DNA from: a virus
Reading direction: 5' to 3' (one strand)
DNA: 64,000 nt
Virus record (IMG/VR): IMGVR_UViG_3300043424_000354
Location: 32,001-96,000 of that record
Shown: piece by piece, positions 58,391 through 64,000 of the stretch
Position numbering within the stretch: position 1 is the stretch's first letter
Layout: each line of letters begins with the position of its first letter
Program-made: the position numbers and the translations under genes
Notes under the pieces: model-generated
Told to the model about the DNA's origin: nothing
What the model saw: only the letters and a program-made list of their open reading frames with translations
Databases searched by the model: none

Positions 58391-58971
58391 TTATATCCGA
58401 CTGCCATATATCTATAGAAATGCCCGCACTTCAACATACCTGCATACTGCGGTTCTTTAATATTGTTGATTTCTAAGAATTGCTCCAGATTATCGGCAAG
58501 ACGAACATGCTCAGGATTTTCTAGATTATTTCCTTGGACGATATATTTAGTTCCTGTTGGAATAGAGTTCCACCAAGCATCATAAACTTCTTGGGTCACA
58601 TGCTCGCTGCTGGTGTTGATCACCAAATCGGGATATGAATAATTGAGTGGCATACCATTTTTCATGTCGTGCTGACGAAATGTGATTTCATGATAGCACT
58701 CATCGATAGCAGCAAATACCTTTTTACATTCGGGGTCTAAGTCGGTGGTCAGAATTCTAGCATCGGGGAACTTATGCGCAATAAACTGCGCAAGAACTCC
58801 ATACCATCCACCGAAAATTATGATAGATCTATCCATGTGAGTTACATGTTCGAGTAACCACTTCTTGCTCTCGATCTGACTCGGCCAAAAGTTCTCCGAG
58901 AATCGATATGCATTCTCTGGATTATTACGGATATATTGCATCCAAAGCATTACTACATCAAAATTAACCAC
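58387..58971 (-). CDS. Class I SAM-dependent methyltransferase
   Basis: SQIESKKWL, IIFGGWYG (motif I), TDLDP, VINTSSEH, RYMAVG. Confidence 0.78.
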   Translation of the reverse strand: MVNFDVVMLWMQYIRNNPENAYRFSENFWPSQIESKKWLLEHVTHMDRSIIIFGGWYGVLAQFIAHKFPDARILTTDLDPECKKVFAAIDECYHEITFRQHDMKNGMPLNYSYPDLVINTSSEHVTQEVYDAWWNSIPTGTKYIVQGNNLENPEHVRLADNLEQFLEINNIKEPQYAGMLKCGHFYRYMAVGYK

Positions 58972-59374
58972 GGCGCATCCTCGCTACTTCATGTGCTTGT
59001 TCTTCGTTGATAATAGGAACAGCATTCGACTTGTGCATCGTTGCGATACCTTTGATCAGAGTTCCCGTATATACGTTTTCCTTACGACCAACCATAACAC
59101 CAATGCCGACTCCACCCTCATACTTAGGTGTTTCGCGGCGATAGGTCGTAGCATCCATTGGACCTTTGACTCCACCTTTTAGTTTAGTGTTAGATTTACC
59201 TTGACGATACGCGACATACTCGTCGAACGTCTTAGTTTTAGCACCAAGACGCTTCATCTGCTTGTTGTAATCGACCCAATCCTGAGCATACCTGGAGGTC
59301 ACACCCTTGTTCGCAGTCTTGCGCTTCCTGGTGTTCGTGGTGGTATACGCATGGGACATAAGATGCATAGTCAT
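58964..59374 (-). CDS. Conserved T4-like phage hypothetical protein
   Basis: VYTGTLIKGIATMHKSNAVP...VARMRRG; AAAGGA Shine-Dalgarno before ATG 59374. Confidence 0.8.
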   Translation of the reverse strand: MTMHLMSHAYTTTNTRKRKTANKGVTSRYAQDWVDYNKQMKRLGAKTKTFDEYVAYRQGKSNTKLKGGVKGPMDATTYRRETPKYEGGVGIGVMVGRKENVYTGTLIKGIATMHKSNAVPIINEEQAHEVARMRRG

Positions 59375-59404
59375 AACACAATTTCCTTTCAAATCCAACA
59401 TACT

Positions 59405-59478
59405 CTTATACCCTACTGGAGTAAAAATGTCAAGCCATAATTTAGCGGCTTGACAATTTGATTAAAATGGAGTAGAAT
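59405..59478. promoter_or_regulatory. Divergent sigma70-type promoters
   Basis: Minus: TTGACA (59428-33)-N17-TATAAG (59405-10). Plus: TTGACA (59450-55)-N17-TAGAAT (59473-78). Confidence 0.85.
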
Positions 59479-59504
59479 GAACATTCACAATTGGAGGAAA
59501 AATA

Positions 59505-59783
59505 ATGTCTATTTTTTATGAAACGTCTGGTAATGCTAAGAACAAAAAAGATTTTGATCCGTTCCTGATTCGTAAAATGAACCCTAATAGTGCTTGGGCG
59601 AATCATTCCTATAACCATTTTGTTCTACGTCACATTTTCGGGAATTCGCCTGATCCTCTTGAGAAAATTCAAGCTGGAAAAGAAATTGAAATCGCTGAAC
59701 GGAAAATGTCTTTCTGGGAACGCCACAACGAATTTCACCTTGAGTCTGCGTTATATTATCGGCAAAAATATTACCGAATGTAA
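59505..59783 (+). CDS. Hypothetical early protein
   Basis: GGAGG Shine-Dalgarno, own promoter; EIEIAERKMSFWERH. Confidence 0.8.
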   Translation: MSIFYETSGNAKNKKDFDPFLIRKMNPNSAWANHSYNHFVLRHIFGNSPDPLEKIQAGKEIEIAERKMSFWERHNEFHLESALYYRQKYYRM

Positions 59784-59792
59784 TTTAGGGGC

Positions 59793-59821
59793 TTGACTTT
59801 TTCGATGAGATAAGGCATAAT
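59793..59821 (+). promoter_or_regulatory. Sigma70-type promoter TTGACT-N17-CATAAT
   Basis: Consensus spacing; directly precedes a small ORF with AAGGAG. Confidence 0.75.
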
Positions 59822-59841
59822 TGTATAATAAGGAGACTGAT

Positions 59842-59988
59842 ATGAAAAACTTAGTTATTAATCAGATTTTAGAACTTAAAACCGACGCGATCAATAAAGG
59901 GTACGATTTTCCGACCGAAAACCCCGAAAACGCGACGCTAGAAGAATTAGAATTATTTTTAGCGGAAATTAAAGAATTTTTAAAATAA
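59842..59988 (+). CDS. Small acidic hypothetical early protein (48 aa), not in ORF track
   Basis: MKNLVINQILELKTD...LEELELFLAEIKEFLK; AAGGAG Shine-Dalgarno. Confidence 0.7.
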   Translation: MKNLVINQILELKTDAINKGYDFPTENPENATLEELELFLAEIKEFLK

Positions 59989-59992
59989 GGGA

Positions 59993-60021
59993 TTGACTTT
60001 TTCTACAAAATAGGGTATAGT
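59993..60021 (+). promoter_or_regulatory. Sigma70-type promoter TTGACT-N17-TATAGT
   Basis: Consensus spacing. Confidence 0.8.
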
Positions 60022-60033
60022 GGATATATTGTT

Positions 60034-60240
60034 ATGGAGATTGATATGGTTATTGATATTACCCAGCGCGAAGAAGAACTGCTAAAACTTCTCGGCGTCT
60101 CGTGGAATGGTTGGCAGTATGAACACCAAGATTTCCTTGAGATTAATTTTGAACTCTCGGCGAACGGTGTTCCCACTTATAAATCTTTCGAGGAATACCT
60201 TGAAGGTCGTCTTGCATATAAACAAAGGATTGCAGCATAA
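60034..60240 (+). CDS. Hypothetical early protein
   Basis: Downstream of promoter; GGAG suggests a start at the second Met; ends IAA. Confidence 0.7.
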   Translation: MEIDMVIDITQREEELLKLLGVSWNGWQYEHQDFLEINFELSANGVPTYKSFEEYLEGRLAYKQRIAA

Positions 60241-60455
60241 TGGTTAGTATTACAACTGAAGTCGAAGTTTACATGGACGACTTTGAGGATGAAGATTTGA
60301 TCGAAGAACTCACAGAACGAGGTTACTACGTTAGCAAGTCAAGCGGCGACATTCCTGTCGTGCAGAGTCTGTATGATGCATGGGTCTACAAGACTGGTAA
60401 TTTCGAGGATCTATTTCGGCAATTTTGCCAACAATCAATTGGGAGAAGTTTTTAA
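60240..60455 (+). CDS. Hypothetical acidic protein
   Basis: VEVYMDDFEDEDLIEELTERGY; TAATG coupling. Confidence 0.75.
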   Translation: MVSITTEVEVYMDDFEDEDLIEELTERGYYVSKSSGDIPVVQSLYDAWVYKTGNFEDLFRQFCQQSIGRSF

Positions 60456-60625
60456 TGTCTACATCAATCCACGACCAGGAACTCGATACGCACTTCGGTC
60501 GAGTCGAGAGCGAACTCTACTCACTAAAGGAAGAACCATCCGAAGATATTGTGTATTTTGATTTCAAGAATCCAAATACATTCCTACTTACTTGGACGTT
60601 GCACGATATATTCCGTCGAAGTTAG
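60455..60625 (+). CDS. Hypothetical protein
   Basis: TAATG coupling, GGGAG Shine-Dalgarno; 3' end overlaps the cyclase gene. Confidence 0.45.
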   Translation: MSTSIHDQELDTHFGRVESELYSLKEEPSEDIVYFDFKNPNTFLLTWTLHDIFRRS

Positions 60626-62639
60626 CAGGAGGTTCTCCCTCCATGCGCTCAAGCATCATATCGTAATAATTAACTAACTCACCTTGCCAGCACTTCTTTA
60701 AGTCGCTGGCAAATTGTTTAGCAACTTCCCATTTACCTGCACGATATAAAGTCAAGAACTTCTCGTGTTGAGTTTGTCCTAGATGATCAAAGTTTTCTAG
60801 AACAGTATAGATTCTAGCAGGTTCAGTCTTACCCTTGACTGCGATAAGATCAAGTTCGACTACTTGGTATGTATCCAGAACCTGCTCAGCAGTCTCGGGT
60901 CCAATGACGATTTTAACGCCGTAAGGTTTGCTTTGACCTTCGAGACGAGAGGCAAGATTAACCCCATCACCAAGGCAAGTATAATCAAAACGCTGATCGC
61001 TGCCCATATTGCCAACAACCACAGTGGCAGTGTTAATGCCAAGACCCATTCCAAAGGGTGGGGTTCCTTCTGCCACGACTTCTGCATTAAACTTCTCCAA
61101 ATCTTTAAGCATCTGGAAAGCAGTTCTTACTGAATCCAAAGCATGTTGTGGGTTATCAACGGGAGCATTCCAGAATGCCATCTGAGCATCCCCGATATAC
61201 TTATCTAGCGTTCCCTTGTTCTCTAGAATCGCTCGAGTCATTACTGTCATATAACGATTCATGATTGAAGTAAGACCTTCTACATCTTCACCGTAGTGTT
61301 CCGAAATAGCAGTAAATCCACGAACGTCGGTGAACATAATTGACAGTTGTTGTTTTGTTCCACCCAACTTGAGCAACTCTGGTTGTTTCTGTAGTTGAGC
61401 GACAAGATCTGGTGACAGATAAGTTCCGAACTGCTTCTTAATTTGCTGCTTCTGTAGATATTCACTTATGAATTTGGCAGTGTAGATATGGATATAGATT
61501 AGCGCGATCGCGAAAACGTTAAACGTCACATCGAGAAGAATACCCTTACTCGCGAATAGATATACTGGTAGATAGAAATATCCACCGAGTAAAACAGCAA
61601 TATAAATTATAGAGAAACGAAATCTCGAGAGAATGATCAATGCAAGAGCAAGACCCAGAAAAGCAGCAAGATCTGCAAGTTGACCCCACACAGGAATCGA
61701 AACAGAGTCTCCATTTATCAGAGTTTCAAGAATACTCGCCTGAAGGAAGTGGGGATGTTGCGCACCTGATGGAGTCGCTACAGGATTCGAAATACCAGCA
61801 GCAGTTACGCCAACAATCACAATTTTACCATTCAGGTCAGGTAAAGGATCCTCTCCAATTTCGACTGACGAAAATTGGTAATTCGGATTAACAAACACGC
61901 GACCGTATTCATCGGTCTTTATAGTATCAAATTGAGGAACACGTAATGCTTCAACACCAGTCTGATTTATCTTCGCTTGATACGAAGAGTCTCCTGCAGC
62001 TACACGCAGCATCTCTATCGCAAATGCAGGATAGTATTCGCCATTTGATTGAGATAGAAGAGGAACTCGCCTCACAACCCCATCAGTCTCGGGTAGAGTC
62101 GACGTTATTCCTACACCGACAGCTGCTTCTTGCAGAACTGGAATATTACTTAGAACGCATGGGTATTGAGGAAGAAATTCGTTCGGTTGTCCGTCGCCGA
62201 CGACAGCAACGCCAGTCCGAGCAATATTCTGGACTCCCTTACATGAATCAGTTGTTGTCTGACTCAGGACTACTGGATACTGCGTCAGAGTAGTCGCAAG
62301 AACTCCGTCAGTCCCCATCCGATCAGACTCAGGCATAAGTATAGTGCTACCAACAAGAGAAGCCCCTCTACCATAAATGTCACCAATAATTTTAGCATGG
62401 ACCTCGCGTGGAAACGGCCACTGACCATATTTCTCAATTGCTTTCTCCCCGATATTGACAGTAACGATTTGTTCCGAATGCTGTGGCGAACCAAGCATTA
62501 AATAATCATAAAACTTCAGTCTGGTTGATTCAACCAGATAAGGATCAGCAAGTTTTACCGTAAGCAAAATACTAAAAGTAAATAACGCCAACCATGGCGA
62601 GAGTAGAACTTTTTTAGTTTTTTGTATAAGAGTATCCAT
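60588..62639 (-). CDS. CHASE2-domain class III adenylate cyclase
   Basis: YGQWPFPR and DGVVRRVPL (CHASE2), transmembrane helices, FTDVRGFT, DKYIGDAQMAFW, RFDYTCLGDGVNLASRLEG. Confidence 0.93.
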   Translation of the reverse strand: MDTLIQKTKKVLLSPWLALFTFSILLTVKLADPYLVESTRLKFYDYLMLGSPQHSEQIVTVNIGEKAIEKYGQWPFPREVHAKIIGDIYGRGASLVGSTILMPESDRMGTDGVLATTLTQYPVVLSQTTTDSCKGVQNIARTGVAVVGDGQPNEFLPQYPCVLSNIPVLQEAAVGVGITSTLPETDGVVRRVPLLSQSNGEYYPAFAIEMLRVAAGDSSYQAKINQTGVEALRVPQFDTIKTDEYGRVFVNPNYQFSSVEIGEDPLPDLNGKIVIVGVTAAGISNPVATPSGAQHPHFLQASILETLINGDSVSIPVWGQLADLAAFLGLALALIILSRFRFSIIYIAVLLGGYFYLPVYLFASKGILLDVTFNVFAIALIYIHIYTAKFISEYLQKQQIKKQFGTYLSPDLVAQLQKQPELLKLGGTKQQLSIMFTDVRGFTAISEHYGEDVEGLTSIMNRYMTVMTRAILENKGTLDKYIGDAQMAFWNAPVDNPQHALDSVRTAFQMLKDLEKFNAEVVAEGTPPFGMGLGINTATVVVGNMGSDQRFDYTCLGDGVNLASRLEGQSKPYGVKIVIGPETAEQVLDTYQVVELDLIAVKGKTEPARIYTVLENFDHLGQTQHEKFLTLYRAGKWEVAKQFASDLKKCWQGELVNYYDMMLERMEGEPPANFDGIYRATSK

Positions 62640-64000
62640 TACATGGTCCAGTCGTGCATGTTATTTCCATTTTCGCAGAGTCAGCGGCAGTCAAATTATT
62701 TTGCGAGACAGTCACACCAATTCCTGGATTATTTAGTAAAAGTTGAAATTGCTTAGTAGAAGAACCAAGTTGAGTTACAGACGCAGTAACTCCACCGAAT
62801 GGGGCATTGATTTCTAAGAAGTGATTTCCTATACCTTCTTGTAAAGCACTGATATTATTAGAGTTTCCTAAAGCATTGATAAACAACGATTTTCCGTTTG
62901 CATCTTTTTGTTGTGCAGAGATTTGATTACCAATACCATTAGTAATAATTTCAGCATATTTACTTCCGTGATGTTGCGTCAGCGATACTACATTGTTATC
63001 ACCAGATACAGAAACTTCAGCCAAGTTTTTACCAATCGCTGTTGCCGCTGTTCCTTGATTAATAGTAATGCTGTTACCGCTACCATTGATAGTCATTGCT
63101 TGTGCGCCATTCACTCCGCGAACTTGATTCTGCTTAGAGAACTGTTCGATGTAAACCGAATTGTTAGAACCTGTTGCTGTAATGTAGATAGAGTTTTGCG
63201 TGACTGCGTTGGTTTGATTAATCTTCAATGATTGTGCATTAGATATCGCAGCGGCAGGATATGTCGGAGCAGAAGGTTCTGGCGCAGGCGCTGGTGGAGC
63301 AGAAGATCCAGCATTCGGAGCAACTGGTGTGAACGTTGTTCCGTTCAATGATGTAGTTCCCTGCATCTGATCAATGAATAGAATTGGTGACAATGCAGTA
63401 TCACCGAGGTTGAACGAGGCAAATCCAAGAAGATAATTGCCATCTGTTGGAACAGTAAACACTGCGACCTGCCAACCAGTGGCACCATAAGATCCTACTG
63501 AATAGTTACCTGTGCCTTGGTTTGTGAACCCTAGAAGCGCATAGTCTTGCGTCTGCCCATTGATAGTTGCAGTTCCAGGTCCACCAGTAACAGTGATCAG
63601 AGAACCATCGTTATATGGAACATAGTCAGTTGAAAGATATTGCCAAGCATAGGTGTATGTAACACCTGCCTGTAGAAAGACTGTTCTACTAATCGAAGTC
63701 GCATTAGTTGGATACATGTTACCATTAGAATAAATTGTATTTCTAATTGCCGTGATGGCAGAACTTTGTAGACCGAGTGTTGTCATCGCAGCATTAAACT
63801 GGGGAGAACTACCACCTGCTTGTAGAGAAACCATGTATGAACCGTAAGGTGTGATAGTCCAACACTTACCGCCACCAGGACAATAGTTTTGCACACCAGT
63901 AGTTACTTGAACACCAGAACCATCGGAACTCCAGTTTGTTTTTAGCGCAGTAGAACCATTACTTGCTGTCCACCCAGCATAGTCGCCGTTCTCAAACCCG
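62614..64000 (-). CDS. Extracellular-type protein with N-terminal beta-sandwich, Pro linker and curlin-like Q-x-G/N repeats (5' end beyond window)
   Basis: Frame is open to the window end (GFENGDYAGW...); repeats such as GSNNSVYIEQ, GSGNSITINQ, GDNNVVSLTQ, GIGNQISAQQ; C-terminal CTTGPC. Confidence 0.7.
   Translation of the reverse strand, partial: GFENGDYAGWTASNGSTALKTNWSSDGSGVQVTTGVQNYCPGGGKCWTITPYGSYMVSLQAGGSSPQFNAAMTTLGLQSSAITAIRNTIYSNGNMYPTNATSISRTVFLQAGVTYTYAWQYLSTDYVPYNDGSLITVTGGPGTATINGQTQDYALLGFTNQGTGNYSVGSYGATGWQVAVFTVPTDGNYLLGFASFNLGDTALSPILFIDQMQGTTSLNGTTFTPVAPNAGSSAPPAPAPEPSAPTYPAAAISNAQSLKINQTNAVTQNSIYITATGSNNSVYIEQFSKQNQVRGVNGAQAMTINGSGNSITINQGTAATAIGKNLAEVSVSGDNNVVSLTQHHGSKYAEIITNGIGNQISAQQKDANGKSLFINALGNSNNISALQEGIGNHFLEINAPFGGVTASVTQLGSSTKQFQLLLNNPGIGVTVSQNNLTAADSAKMEITCTTGPCNGYSYTKN

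Overview
This 64 kb window comes from a large T4-like myophage (Tevenvirinae-like core). Positions 1-44.4 kb hold the packaging, neck, tail-fibre, baseplate and replication-accessory genes: start of gp17, then gp16, 15, 14, 13, fibres, VrlC-like protein, gp8, 7, 6, 25, a split gp5, gp27-like, gp53, 48, 4, 2, 54-like, 26, 51, a tape-measure candidate, gp32, 59 and 33. T4-type late promoters (TATAAATA/AATAAATA) and sigma70-type promoters are visible. Four accessory elements stand out. (1) Inside the fibre region is a nine-gene modification island: five GT-A glycosyltransferase-like genes, a methyltransferase-like gene, a 2OG-Fe(II) oxygenase-like gene, a nucleotidyltransferase and one hypothetical gene. 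It adjoins two paralogous proteins with long, internally symmetric [YF]-x-G-[NT] repeat tracts. (2) A tightly coupled operon carries six radical SAM enzymes, a carbamoyltransferase, an SGNH-like protein and a methyltransferase that resembles the one in the island. (3) A circularly permuted two-piece tmRNA with tag (A)ANDNVAFEMRLAA suggests an alphaproteobacterial host. (4) A CHASE2 adenylate cyclase is coupled to a curlin-like repeat protein. There is also a candidate -1 frameshift fusing gp26 and gp51 just upstream of the tape-measure gene. All assignments come from motif recognition by eye; no database searches or folding programs were run.
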